Shown here in pieces: positions 28,776 through 39,943 of a stretch of DNA of 64,000 bases; positions within the stretch are counted from its first letter, which is position 1, and each line of letters opens with the position of its first letter. The stretch lies in contig CAYGJY010000001.1 in assembly GCA_964350645.1 (NCBI GenBank), positions 78,316-142,315 of the forward strand, in the 5' to 3' direction. The translations under genes were made by a program, and so were the position numbers. The DNA comes from an uncultured Candidatus Saccharibacteria bacterium (GTDB taxonomy: Bacteria; Patescibacteriota; Minisyncoccia; Phycocordibacterales; UBA918). The notes beneath the pieces are model-generated. The model searched no databases and was not told the DNA's origin. It worked only from the letters and a program-made list of their open reading frames with translations.

Positions 28776-29936
28776 ATGACACCAACACCAGAAGTCAAAC
28801 CACTACCATACCAGCGCCGCCGATTATTATTTGGAACGCTGGTGTCATTGTTTGCGTTGTCGCTTCCAGTATTTATGTTTTATGCCATTGGCTATCGGTT
28901 CGATTTTTCAGACGAGACCACCAGTAGTATTGTTGGTACTGGCGGTATGTATGTAACAGCGGAATTGACTGATGCTGAAATTTTTATTAATGACGAACCA
29001 GTCAATGATATGCGTATTTTTCGGAGCGCTTCGTATATTCAAAATCTAAGTGATGGCGTACACAAAGTGGTGGTGCAGCGTGAGGGGGTACATACGTGGG
29101 TTAAGCAACTGTCAGTCTTCCCCCATATCGTAACTGAAGCGCAATCGTTCAATATGCCAGTACGGCCGCAGGTACGTTTGGTTACACCATATCTTACGAT
29201 AGCAAATGAGTCAGTTCTTTTTGTAGCAACAACGAGTGAAACTGTATTACCATTTGCTTCGACTACCAACGTATTTTATAAAGCGACTTCGACGGCAACA
29301 TCTACATATAGAATAAATCCAGAGTATGAATTCGTTGAAGCTCTATTTGCATCAACAACTGCGACTAGTAGCGGTATTGTCGGGCGAGTGATCACTGAAG
29401 TGGAGCAAGCTTTTCAGTTTAGCAGCACTGTTAGTACATCGTCGATCGAAACTGCAACTGATACAGTAGCAATACGTGATGTCACGTTATATCGTCAGGG
29501 TGCTGAGGTGCGGGCTCGTTATGGCGGTAATCTTAAAGACATCCCATATTATTATTGCGTTGATTACGTGTCTGCCACTTCAACAAAAGAACGCTATGGC
29601 GAGCATGTGTATGATGCGATTGATTCAATTGTAACAGGGACATCAACCGAAGGTATTTTATTGCAGAATGGTCGGACGTTGATTTGTCGCACTGAGATTA
29701 AACTTGACGACAAACGACAGTCTGTCTATGATTTTGATTTTTTCCCAAATAACGCTGATTTAGTTTTACTTCTCCTTGAAGACGGTTTATACGTGGGTGA
29801 GATTGATGATCGTTCGTGGCAAAATACACAGCTTTTGTATCCGGGTACACAGCTACAATTTATAGTCGATGGTGGTCAGATTTATATACGAGACGGTACA
29901 TCGTACATCGAAGTCTTAACAGTGCTGCCAGAATAA
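28776..29936 (+). CDS. PEGA-like domain membrane-anchored protein
   Basis: N-terminal TM, then 'GYRFD...TGGMYV...DAEIFIND...NLSDGVHKVVVQREG...W'. Confidence 0.65.
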   Translation: MTPTPEVKPLPYQRRRLLFGTLVSLFALSLPVFMFYAIGYRFDFSDETTSSIVGTGGMYVTAELTDAEIFINDEPVNDMRIFRSASYIQNLSDGVHKVVVQREGVHTWVKQLSVFPHIVTEAQSFNMPVRPQVRLVTPYLTIANESVLFVATTSETVLPFASTTNVFYKATSTATSTYRINPEYEFVEALFASTTATSSGIVGRVITEVEQAFQFSSTVSTSSIETATDTVAIRDVTLYRQGAEVRARYGGNLKDIPYYYCVDYVSATSTKERYGEHVYDAIDSIVTGTSTEGILLQNGRTLICRTEIKLDDKRQSVYDFDFFPNNADLVLLLLEDGLYVGEIDDRSWQNTQLLYPGTQLQFIVDGGQIYIRDGTSYIEVLTVLPE

Positions 29937-29971
29937 GCACGGCTCAGACTTTTGTAGTAGTATATTTATTC

Positions 29972-30700
29972 ATGGATGATTCAAGTACTAAGGGACACAA
30001 ACACCCACTTTCGCAGATGATTGCAGAAATCAATAGTATTTTTGCAGAAATCGGATTTGTCTTTGCTGAAGGCCCCGAAGCTGAAACAGAACATTATAAT
30101 TTTGATCAGCTCAACTTTCCCCCAGAACACCCAGCGCGTGACATGCAGGATACGTTTTTCTTCAAACGTGGTGATACGACTGAGCCGATGGTACTGCGTA
30201 CACATACCAGTCCAGTTCAGAGTCGTTACATGGAAAACCATGAGCCACCAATCCGGGTCATCGTGCCAGGTAAGGTCTTCCGCAACGAAGCGACTGATGC
30301 GACTCATGAAGCCCAGTTCCACCAGCTCGAAGGTCTGTATGTTGATGAGGGTGTACACCTGGGACATCTTAAGGGCACGCTCGAATATTTCTTTTCAAAG
30401 TTTTTCAGTGGGGAAACTGAAGTACGGTTTCGACCGAGCTTCTTTCCGTTTGTTGAACCAGGAGTTGAAGTTGATATGATGCTCAAAAATAGCGACAGCA
30501 AGCTAGCTAACAAATGGATCGAAATCATGGGAGCTGGGATGGTGCATCCAAATGTGCTCGAAGCTGCGGGAATTGATCATACTAAGTACTCGGGCTTTGC
30601 GTTTGGGATGGGAATTGATCGACTAGCGGTGATGAAATATGGTATTAGTGATATTCGAGATATGTATTCAGGTGACTTACGCTTCGTTAACCAATTTTAA
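29972..30700 (+). CDS. pheS: Phenylalanine--tRNA ligase alpha subunit (lacks N-terminal coiled coil)
   Basis: HPARDMQDTF, LRTHTS, FRPSFFPFVEP, GFAFGMGIDR. Confidence 0.97.
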   Translation: MDDSSTKGHKHPLSQMIAEINSIFAEIGFVFAEGPEAETEHYNFDQLNFPPEHPARDMQDTFFFKRGDTTEPMVLRTHTSPVQSRYMENHEPPIRVIVPGKVFRNEATDATHEAQFHQLEGLYVDEGVHLGHLKGTLEYFFSKFFSGETEVRFRPSFFPFVEPGVEVDMMLKNSDSKLANKWIEIMGAGMVHPNVLEAAGIDHTKYSGFAFGMGIDRLAVMKYGISDIRDMYSGDLRFVNQF

Positions 30701-30702
30701 AT

Positions 30703-32640
30703 ATGAAAGTTTCACACAATTGGCTAAAAGAGTATTTAGGTGATACTGCGCCAGCGCCACAAGCGATGGCCGATTTATTGACATTTCATGCATTTGAAAT
30801 TGACGAGATTGTCGAGAAGGACGATGACACAGTCATCGATATCGATATTTTGCCGAATCGATCATCTGACTGTTTGTGTCATCGTGGCATAGCACGCGAA
30901 GTTGCTTCAATCATGAAGACACCGCTGGCACACGATCCGTTGTCGGTCGCACCACAGTTACCGGGGTTTACTAATATTGAGGTTGAAATAGAAAGTGCTG
31001 AAATCTGCCCCCGTTTCACAGCTACTCTTCTCACTGGAATTGAAGTGAAAGAATCGCCAGCGTGGCTTCAAGCACGTTTACAAGTAATTGGACAACGGCC
31101 AATCAATAATATCGTCGACGCTACAAACTATGTGATGTTTGCTCTTGGTCAACCACTGCACGCCTATGATGCCGATCTGTTTCCGCAAGTTGATGGTATA
31201 TGGAAGTTTGGTGTACGTACAGCCACTTCAGGTGAGACAGTCAGTCTCTTGGCAGAAGGTGGCAAAGATGAAGATCGAGTAATTGAACTTAGCGGCGGTG
31301 AAGTGTTGGTGGTTGATAGTTCGTCCAATACACCGATTGGACTAGCCGGAGTAAAAGGGGGTCGTTTTGCAGGGGTACATGCTGGTACGACTAAAGTAAT
31401 CATCGAAGCCGCTCACTGGAATCCACTTATAACTCGCAAAACTGCCCGCGGTCTTGGCATTGTTATTGACGCAAGTAAGCGTTTTGAAAATGAACCCTCA
31501 CGCGAATTGCCGCCCTACGCGCAAGCTGAAATTATCAAGCTCATCATAGTCATAGCCGGGGGCGTGTGTGAAGGGTATGTTGATACATTTTTGGAAGAAA
31601 AATCGAACCCAGCAGTAGCTGTTTCAGTAGACAAAGCTAATGCGCTGCTTGGATTGTCACTGAACCAAGTAGAGATGGTAGAACTCCTCACCAGCGCGGG
31701 TTGTCAGTGTACTGGTGTAGAGGGAACGATCACTGCTGTTGGACCTTTTGAACGAACTGACTTATTGATTGAAGAAGATTTCATTGAGGAGATTGGGCGA
31801 CTTTACGGGTACGACAAAGTGGCTTCAGTGGTGCCAGCAACTGTGCCACTGCAAGAGTTAAACGTTCGCCACTACTACAGTGAGAAGATCCGGACCGCAC
31901 TAATTAGGCAAGGCTTCTCGGAAGTAATTACATCGTCGTTTCGTAAAAAAGATGAGGTTGCGCTTTACAATGCACTTGCAAGCGACAAAGGGTGCATGCG
32001 GTCGTCATTGGTGAAAAATATTTCTGAGGCCCTCGAACGCAATGTAGGTTTTGCAGATTTGCTTGGGGCTACAGATACACGGATTTTTGAGATTGGGACT
32101 GTGTTTAAAAAAGGTGGGGAGTATGGCGTGACTGAGCATATGTCGTTGTGTGTGGGCGTACGTACGAAAGGGAAGGCGTACAGCAAGACTGATGATGTCG
32201 TTCTCGAAGCAGTTATTGCTGAGTTGACCAATGATCTCGATGCTAGTCTTAGTTTTGATATTTTTGATGGAGTGGCAGAGCTTAATCTGACTGAATTAAT
32301 CGCAGTTTTACCGGTGCCGGCAGCGTACGATCCCATTTTGGTCGCAACTGAGATTCAGTATCAGCCATATTCGACCTACCCACACGTCAGTCGTGATATT
32401 GCCCTCTGGGTAAGCGACGAGACTGCAGTGGAGAGCGTGATCGAGGTCATTGATCAGTCAGCTGGGGAGTTGCATGTGCTCACGACGCAATTTGATGAAT
32501 TTAGTAAAGACGGCCGAACGTCGTACGCTTTTCGTCTTGTGTTTCAGTCACACGAAAAAACGCTCACCGATGAAATGGTAAACGCTGACATGGAAGCGGT
32601 GTATGAAGCCGTGAAGAACGAAGGTTGGGAGGTCCGGTAA
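30703..32640 (+). CDS. pheT: Phenylalanine--tRNA ligase beta subunit (no B2 OB domain)
   Basis: PNRSSDC, INNIVDATNYV, RFE, EEIGRLYGY, C-terminal RDIAL anticodon-binding domain. Confidence 0.96.
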   Translation: MKVSHNWLKEYLGDTAPAPQAMADLLTFHAFEIDEIVEKDDDTVIDIDILPNRSSDCLCHRGIAREVASIMKTPLAHDPLSVAPQLPGFTNIEVEIESAEICPRFTATLLTGIEVKESPAWLQARLQVIGQRPINNIVDATNYVMFALGQPLHAYDADLFPQVDGIWKFGVRTATSGETVSLLAEGGKDEDRVIELSGGEVLVVDSSSNTPIGLAGVKGGRFAGVHAGTTKVIIEAAHWNPLITRKTARGLGIVIDASKRFENEPSRELPPYAQAEIIKLIIVIAGGVCEGYVDTFLEEKSNPAVAVSVDKANALLGLSLNQVEMVELLTSAGCQCTGVEGTITAVGPFERTDLLIEEDFIEEIGRLYGYDKVASVVPATVPLQELNVRHYYSEKIRTALIRQGFSEVITSSFRKKDEVALYNALASDKGCMRSSLVKNISEALERNVGFADLLGATDTRIFEIGTVFKKGGEYGVTEHMSLCVGVRTKGKAYSKTDDVVLEAVIAELTNDLDASLSFDIFDGVAELNLTELIAVLPVPAAYDPILVATEIQYQPYSTYPHVSRDIALWVSDETAVESVIEVIDQSAGELHVLTTQFDEFSKDGRTSYAFRLVFQSHEKTLTDEMVNADMEAVYEAVKNEGWEVR

Positions 32641-32675
32641 GTTTGAGAAGGGGCAGTGCATGAGTCTGTCCCCGC

Positions 32676-32834
32676 TCACTCTTTTTCAACCGCTCCTTCC
32701 GTGTCGGTTTTTTTCTCCCAGCGGAGGAAGTCCCCTTTGGGGTTGAAAACTGCTACCTCGCCAGGGCGAGGAGCGCGATGCCCGAAGTGGCCGACTTCTT
32801 GTTGATAGATGGGAAGATGCCTTTCTGGTTTCAT
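32676..32834 (-). CDS. Small orphan protein, 52 aa (absent from the ORF track)
   Basis: MKPERHLPIYQQEVGHFGHRAPRPGEVAVFNPKGDFLRWEKKTDTEGAVEKE; SD AGAAAGGAG 6 nt upstream; hairpin after the stop. Confidence 0.5.
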   Translation of the reverse strand: MKPERHLPIYQQEVGHFGHRAPRPGEVAVFNPKGDFLRWEKKTDTEGAVEKE

Positions 32835-32989
32835 TACTGGCTCCTTTCTGCGACCAGAGTACTCTCTGGATAAATGGTTGGCAAGTGATGCTGATAATCA
32901 CTTGGTCGTTCTTCAAGAGCAATATTTGAATATAAAAAACTCAGGAGGCGGTGCACTAATATTCTTATATTAGCGCACCACTCCAAAAG

Positions 32990-33259
32990 TTATTCCCCCC
33001 GTTTCCTTTTCCTGGCACGACCGTTTTTGGTTGTGCCCGGATTTACTGGCACAAACTCAAAGATCTTAGATATTGGTGACCCACGCCGTCGCATATAGCG
33101 CCTCGCAAAACGCTGGCTAGGATGCAGGATACCAGTCACTCCGCGAATCGTTACTTCTGTAAAGGCTTTAGGCCTGAGGGATTTTAATCCCTTGGTGCGG
33201 AAGTAGAGAGGTGGCTGAGACCCCTTGATTGCGATGACGAACATCAGTGATTTTGTCAT
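32990..33259 (-). CDS. Small basic orphan protein, 89 aa
   Basis: SD AAGGAGGAG just before ATG 33259; hairpin plus T-tract downstream (about 32933-32985). Confidence 0.6.
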   Translation of the reverse strand: MTKSLMFVIAIKGSQPPLYFRTKGLKSLRPKAFTEVTIRGVTGILHPSQRFARRYMRRRGSPISKIFEFVPVNPGTTKNGRARKRKRGE

Positions 33260-33354
33260 TGAACTCCTCCTTTTCACACGAAATCTAGCAATAATTTGTG
33301 AAACTAGCAAGTCAAAATATCTGTTATAATAACCGCATTATTTCTTAACAGTAG

Positions 33355-35433
<2,079 letters not shown>

Positions 35434-35573
35434 AGAAATAAGAAGCAGCACGGCTGTGGCTATATTTCTCTTGTGCAAATCAGTGAAATTTTCTGAACCT
35501 GTGATAGGTCTGAAAATGAACATGATCTTACTTAGCCAGCCATACTTACTTTGTAAGGGCAAAATAAAATAAC

Positions 35574-35608
35574 ACAAACGGCCGGTCCCTCTGGGGCCGG
35601 CCGTTTGT
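35574..35608. terminator. Terminator hairpin between convergent genes
   Basis: acaaacggccgg / ccggccgtttgt inverted repeat. Confidence 0.7.
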
Positions 35609-35625
35609 TATATGGAGAGTGATTA

Positions 35626-36693
35626 TTATTCAACAACACTGACAGCCCAGGTAAAGCTGTTGTTGGTGCTGTTTACGTCGCTACCACCGCGGACGGTGAC
35701 ACCGATCAGGTTGATACCGTTCTCACCAACATTGTCATAGCCAAGGGTGAAGAGGACGCGCTCTTGTGGCTTCAGTGGAGTTTGCGCAGGGGCATCGTAT
35801 TCAGTACCAGAGGTAAGCATTGCTTTAAAGTCCCACGCAGTTGAAGTTTTGGTACCGATGTTGCGCACTTCGAACTGGAAGGCACCACGAGCGTCATTGT
35901 CGACATTTGCACGTGGAATAAAGTTTCCGTTACTGGCGAGGTGACCGACGGCGACGAGACGCACTGCGAGATCAGTTCGGCCATTTGGGTCAGATACGGG
36001 TGTTTCCATCACTACTGTTTCAATCACAGTTGGTGCTGGCGGCAGTGGCGTACTGACTTCTGGTTCTGGTTCAGGATCAACTTCGGTCGATTCACCGGCT
36101 ACTTCTGGTTTAGGAGTATCTTCCGATTCGTCCTCGCCTTCAGTTGATTCGTCGATTGCAACAGTATCGCCATCAGGAATACTGGGGTTGATAACAGTTA
36201 TAGAATTACTGGAGATAGTCACTGGCTCGGCTTCTCCCTGGCGGAAGTAAGCGATAGCGTACTCGACGTCGCTCATTCGCTCGCGTTCTGAATCAATCAT
36301 AACTTCTAGCGATGTCATCTTGTTGCCAAGGGTGACTGAGTCGTTACAAGGTACGAGAGTTGGACTGCCAGTGTTTTCAGTGATAGTCACGGCAACACCA
36401 TCAGTACACGTGTACATAAAGGTATATGCACCAGAGCCAGGGATACTGGTCCAGTTAATCATGAAGGAGTCACCTGACATGACTGAGCTATTGTCAGTTG
36501 AGACGGTTAGCTCAGGAGTACCGTTGGCGTTGTAGACACCGTCAGCGATTGATGCCAGCGAGGTGAAAGCCTGAGGCATGAGACTAACGATTTGCACCGC
36601 GAGCCAGACACCGAGAATGATCACGGCCATAAATCCGAAGATAGCAAGCGTTTTCATTAGTCGGTCTTTTTGTGAATCGTGTACCTGGTTCAT
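35626..36693 (-). CDS. Membrane-anchored protein with C-terminal CARDB-like Ig domain
   Basis: N-terminal TM, acidic/Pro linker, 'DLAV...FEVRNIGTK...DVNSTNN'. Confidence 0.75.
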   Translation of the reverse strand: MNQVHDSQKDRLMKTLAIFGFMAVIILGVWLAVQIVSLMPQAFTSLASIADGVYNANGTPELTVSTDNSSVMSGDSFMINWTSIPGSGAYTFMYTCTDGVAVTITENTGSPTLVPCNDSVTLGNKMTSLEVMIDSERERMSDVEYAIAYFRQGEAEPVTISSNSITVINPSIPDGDTVAIDESTEGEDESEDTPKPEVAGESTEVDPEPEPEVSTPLPPAPTVIETVVMETPVSDPNGRTDLAVRLVAVGHLASNGNFIPRANVDNDARGAFQFEVRNIGTKTSTAWDFKAMLTSGTEYDAPAQTPLKPQERVLFTLGYDNVGENGINLIGVTVRGGSDVNSTNNSFTWAVSVVE

Positions 36694-36871
36694 AAAAAAG
36701 TTGAAAATAATAATCTTCACCACGGTGATGTCTCCCGTTGCAACAAACACCTACCCGTGTGATCGAAGTAGGGGAATGAGCGACATACATTGGAGAACAA
36801 GCCACTGGGGCAAATAACTCCATGATCATATCACACTATAAGCTAATGTCAAGTAATTATAGGCGTATTGT

Positions 36872-36899
36872 TTGACAAATAGATTATTGTATGTATAAT
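36872..36899 (+). promoter_or_regulatory. Sigma70-type promoter of the sortase gene
   Basis: TTGACA-16 nt-TATAAT; a divergent TTGACA-16-TATGAT lies on the minus strand at about 36825-36852. Confidence 0.65.
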
Positions 36900-36942
36900 A
36901 TTTCGAATCTATGTTAGTCTAATTCGGCTAACCAGACACTGT

Positions 36943-37698
36943 ATGTATTCACTTGAACGATTATTTGATCGAATGTGGGCCCGCAAGCTACCGTTTTTCG
37001 GAGTTTTTTTTGTGGTGGTTTTATTGACCTACACCGTGCTGTTTATTATTGATTTTATCCCAGAACCAATTTCTGATACCGATGAAGTGAATTCTGACGG
37101 TGTTGTAGCGGTTGTTGAAACGAACGGTGAACCGTTTAGTATTGAAGCGGCTGATATTCCGGCGGTTGAGCCGCTTACTGTTGGGACGACATCTGAAACT
37201 GAAACGACCATTGCGGTCGTGCCAGCTACCGGTGACAGCCAACCTCTCCCGCCAGCAGAAGTGTTGCCAACTAAGATTATTATTGAAAAATTAGCCAAAG
37301 AAGTGACGGTATTAAACCCCCAAGAACGTGACATCCCGTCACTTGATGCCGCGCTTTTAAGTGGTGTGGTGCGTCACCCTGACTCAGCCGACTTCAGTGA
37401 ACCAGGAAATATCTTTATTTTAGGCCATTCCAGCTACTTGCCAAACGTGTTTAATAAGAATTTCCAGGCGTTTAATGGCATCCAAGAGCTCGATTGGGGG
37501 GATAAGATTCAGCTGCAGTCAGCCGGAAAGGAATACACCTACTTTGTCGAAGAGGTGTATAAAGCTGCTGCTGCAGATGTAATTGTCCCGATGACTCCGG
37601 GGAAATCTCGCCTAACTTTGGCGACCTGCAATAGTTTTGGTTCAAAAGATGATCGCTTTATCGTTGAGGCCAAGCTCGTGTCTGAACGGATACTGTAA
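36943..37698 (+). CDS. Sortase
   Basis: N-terminal TM; catalytic His (ILGHSS), LTLATC and Arg (DRFIV). Confidence 0.92.
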   Translation: MYSLERLFDRMWARKLPFFGVFFVVVLLTYTVLFIIDFIPEPISDTDEVNSDGVVAVVETNGEPFSIEAADIPAVEPLTVGTTSETETTIAVVPATGDSQPLPPAEVLPTKIIIEKLAKEVTVLNPQERDIPSLDAALLSGVVRHPDSADFSEPGNIFILGHSSYLPNVFNKNFQAFNGIQELDWGDKIQLQSAGKEYTYFVEEVYKAAAADVIVPMTPGKSRLTLATCNSFGSKDDRFIVEAKLVSERIL

Positions 37699-37791
37699 TG
37701 AACCGTAGCTAGTTTCGGTTGTACCTTTCTAAGCCCGCTCCTTAGGCTCAGAAACCAGTAACCCAAACTAAACAGAGATTAGGCAAGACTA

Positions 37792-37820
37792 TTGACTTTT
37801 GTCAACTTTTCTGCTATGAT
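37792..37820 (+). promoter_or_regulatory. Sigma70-type promoter of the GC-rich island
   Basis: TTGACT-17 nt-TATGAT with extended -10 TG. Confidence 0.65.
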
Positions 37821-37826
37821 TGTGGT

Positions 37827-38215
37827 CAATTCTGTTCTTGTGGCACACTGTACCTGGTTGCAGTAGATGTGCTCAGATCTCCTTATTTTACAACTCGATA
37901 GCCAGCTTAGTGCTCGGAAATCATCCGTGGATGATCCGAGGTTTCTTAGTACCAAGCTCGCTGCCGTGATGTTGCTCAGTGGAGTAACAGGCAGATGGAC
38001 GAACTGATCTTTGTCATTAAAGAACAGGTTATTGGAAACGGAAAAGACGGGGGCCAGTGTGCAGGGAAACTTGCCTTCTTGGCACACTGGCCCCCGTCTA
38101 CCTCCTCAACGGGTACCCGAAAGGGAATCCCGTGAGGGATCGGCTACGACTTTTGTTGTATTTGACTTCCACCCCGGCCGGCGCTTCGCGCCGGCCAAAC
38201 CGAAAGGACTAAGGC
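37827..38215 (+). ncRNA. Candidate ~390-nt structured leader or ncRNA
   Basis: At least six consecutive hairpins, including a perfect 18-bp stem (38045-38062/38082-38099); no convincing ORF. Confidence 0.45.
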
Positions 38216-39031
38216 ATGAAACTGCACCTCGCGGCCCTCGCGGCCGCTTTCACCCTCGCCACCGCCGGCTTGCCGGCGTTGGCGCAGACCGCCGTCGGCA
38301 CGGTTATCACCGCGCCGGCTCCCGCTCCGACAGAGCCCGACGAAATGGGCTACGTCGGGAAGGACGTAGCCGCCAGGGTCGACCTGGTGGTCGAGCTCCT
38401 GGATCTCGGAGCTTTCTGCGACCCCACCGTGAAGGCGACGGAGGTCCAGTACACCATCGGCGGACGCACCTTCAAGGTTGCGTTCACCGGCGGGAAGCTC
38501 GTCGCCGGAAGCAAGGAGGTCGACTATATCTGTCCGCTCTCCTTTGCCCCGGCCGACTGGGCCGCGGCGGACTGGGCCGAAGCCCACTTCACTGACCGCC
38601 TGCACGACCGGGTCTTCTTCACCGAAGGGGATCTGAAGACGTGCATGCTGCCGGGCATCGCCGACGGTCTGCGTCAGACGGGTCCGGAATTCTTCGACGG
38701 TTTCTCGGTCCACAACCACGACGGCGATGCGATCGTGAAGGCCTTCATCGACGGCCGGGCCAATCTCATGACCTGGCGGTGCGAAAGCACCGACGGGAAA
38801 CGCCGCTACCTCATGATCGAGGCGAAGTTTTGCCCCACCGGTTGCGGGGGGGCGGACTTCATCTGGCTCCACGCCAGCAAGAGCGAGCGGCGGGCTGCCA
38901 AGCCCGCCGCCGCACTGAAAGAAGAGAAGGACGTGTGCCCAGCATCGGGCCCATGCCCGTCACCGGGTGACCCGGTGACGCCGCCGGCGGCGAATGATCG
39001 CCTCAAGTTCAGCTGCTGCAAGGGCGGTTGA
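38216..39031 (+). CDS. GC-rich secreted Cys-rich orphan protein
   Basis: SD AAAGGA; Ala-rich signal peptide ending ALA-Q; strongly G/C-ending codons; about 10 Cys. Confidence 0.8.
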   Translation: MKLHLAALAAAFTLATAGLPALAQTAVGTVITAPAPAPTEPDEMGYVGKDVAARVDLVVELLDLGAFCDPTVKATEVQYTIGGRTFKVAFTGGKLVAGSKEVDYICPLSFAPADWAAADWAEAHFTDRLHDRVFFTEGDLKTCMLPGIADGLRQTGPEFFDGFSVHNHDGDAIVKAFIDGRANLMTWRCESTDGKRRYLMIEAKFCPTGCGGADFIWLHASKSERRAAKPAAALKEEKDVCPASGPCPSPGDPVTPPAANDRLKFSCCKGG

Positions 39032-39039
39032 ACGGAGCT

Positions 39040-39069
39040 CTGCGGGCCGGAACATTCACCGGCCCGCAG
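39040..39069 (+). terminator. GC-rich hairpin after first island gene
   Basis: ctgcgggccgg / ccggcccgcag 11-bp stem; weak U-tract. Confidence 0.5.
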
Positions 39070-39127
39070 CAGACTATTTGTTAAATCCTTGCATCAACCA
39101 CAACCAACAGCCAAGGGGTAAAAAACC

Positions 39128-39817
39128 ATGCTGAAGACTCTGATCGCGGCCTTCTTGGCCGTCACACTCGGTTCAATGGTGCATGCCGGAGAGCCAAAAT
39201 TCGCGCCCGCCGATCTGGTGATCTCGACGGAAGGCCTCGAGCCGGTCGCTGGCACGCCGTGCGACACGATCAACGATGAGTGCCTTTCGCTGCAGATCAT
39301 CACCGCCGTCGAAACACCCGAGCTTCTCGCGGAGCTTCGGAAGAACGACGGCCAGACCCCGCGCGGGTCGGTCGTGCTCGACGCCCTCAACAAAGGCGAG
39401 GCGGCCATTCCGAAGCCGATCGATGGGTACTGGTGCGTGTGGTTCTACAAGGAGGCTCTGAATACCTATGAGCTGCCGTGGGATCTCATTCACACCACTT
39501 CCTTCATGACGACTTCGTCCGGCATCGTTCGCGACGCAGAGTTTATGAAGGGCGACTGCCCGACGATCACCAACGCCGTGGGCTACGGTGACCCGGACTT
39601 CAAGATCTGGGCACCAGCCGGTCCCGTTGGGACTGCGCTGAACATTCCGAAGGCGATGCGGGACAAGCTGCTCGTCGCCTTCTGGTGCAGCGAGGACGGC
39701 ACGATCATCTTCCCGAATCGGATCACATCCGATGAGGGTCTGCGGATCGACATTCCGCTGATCGAAAAAGGCTGGGAGCATGCAATGTATGGCGTGCTCC
39801 GGGCCAAGGAGAAGTGA
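39128..39817 (+). CDS. GC-rich secreted orphan protein
   Basis: SD AAGGGG; signal peptide ending VHA-G; G/C-ending codons; hairpin at 39839-39874 follows. Confidence 0.8.
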   Translation: MLKTLIAAFLAVTLGSMVHAGEPKFAPADLVISTEGLEPVAGTPCDTINDECLSLQIITAVETPELLAELRKNDGQTPRGSVVLDALNKGEAAIPKPIDGYWCVWFYKEALNTYELPWDLIHTTSFMTTSSGIVRDAEFMKGDCPTITNAVGYGDPDFKIWAPAGPVGTALNIPKAMRDKLLVAFWCSEDGTIIFPNRITSDEGLRIDIPLIEKGWEHAMYGVLRAKEK

Positions 39818-39943
39818 GACCTGTTCTTCTCTGACTCAGGCGAAACTGGCCGCAGTGATGCACCCAGTTTCGCCCTTCTAATATTCTTGCGTACTGGTGT
39901 AGGTAAGAATATCTGAGGTATTATAAAAACTAGATTTTCAATT

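Noticed and set aside
32686-32922. 78-aa minus-strand ORF from the track
   Set aside because: TTG start with no SD; the overlapping 52-aa frame has a strong SD and an ATG.
35450-35545. SRP or 6S RNA in the imperfect long hairpin after gyrB
   Set aside because: Lacks the SRP helix-8 GNRA/AGCAG motif, is too short for 6S, and has no clear promoter.
38011-39781. Long overlapping ORFs 38011-38595 (+), 38144-38872 (-), 39173-39781 (-)
   Set aside because: Shadow frames expected in GC-rich DNA; the SD, signal peptides and codon bias support 38216 and 39128.
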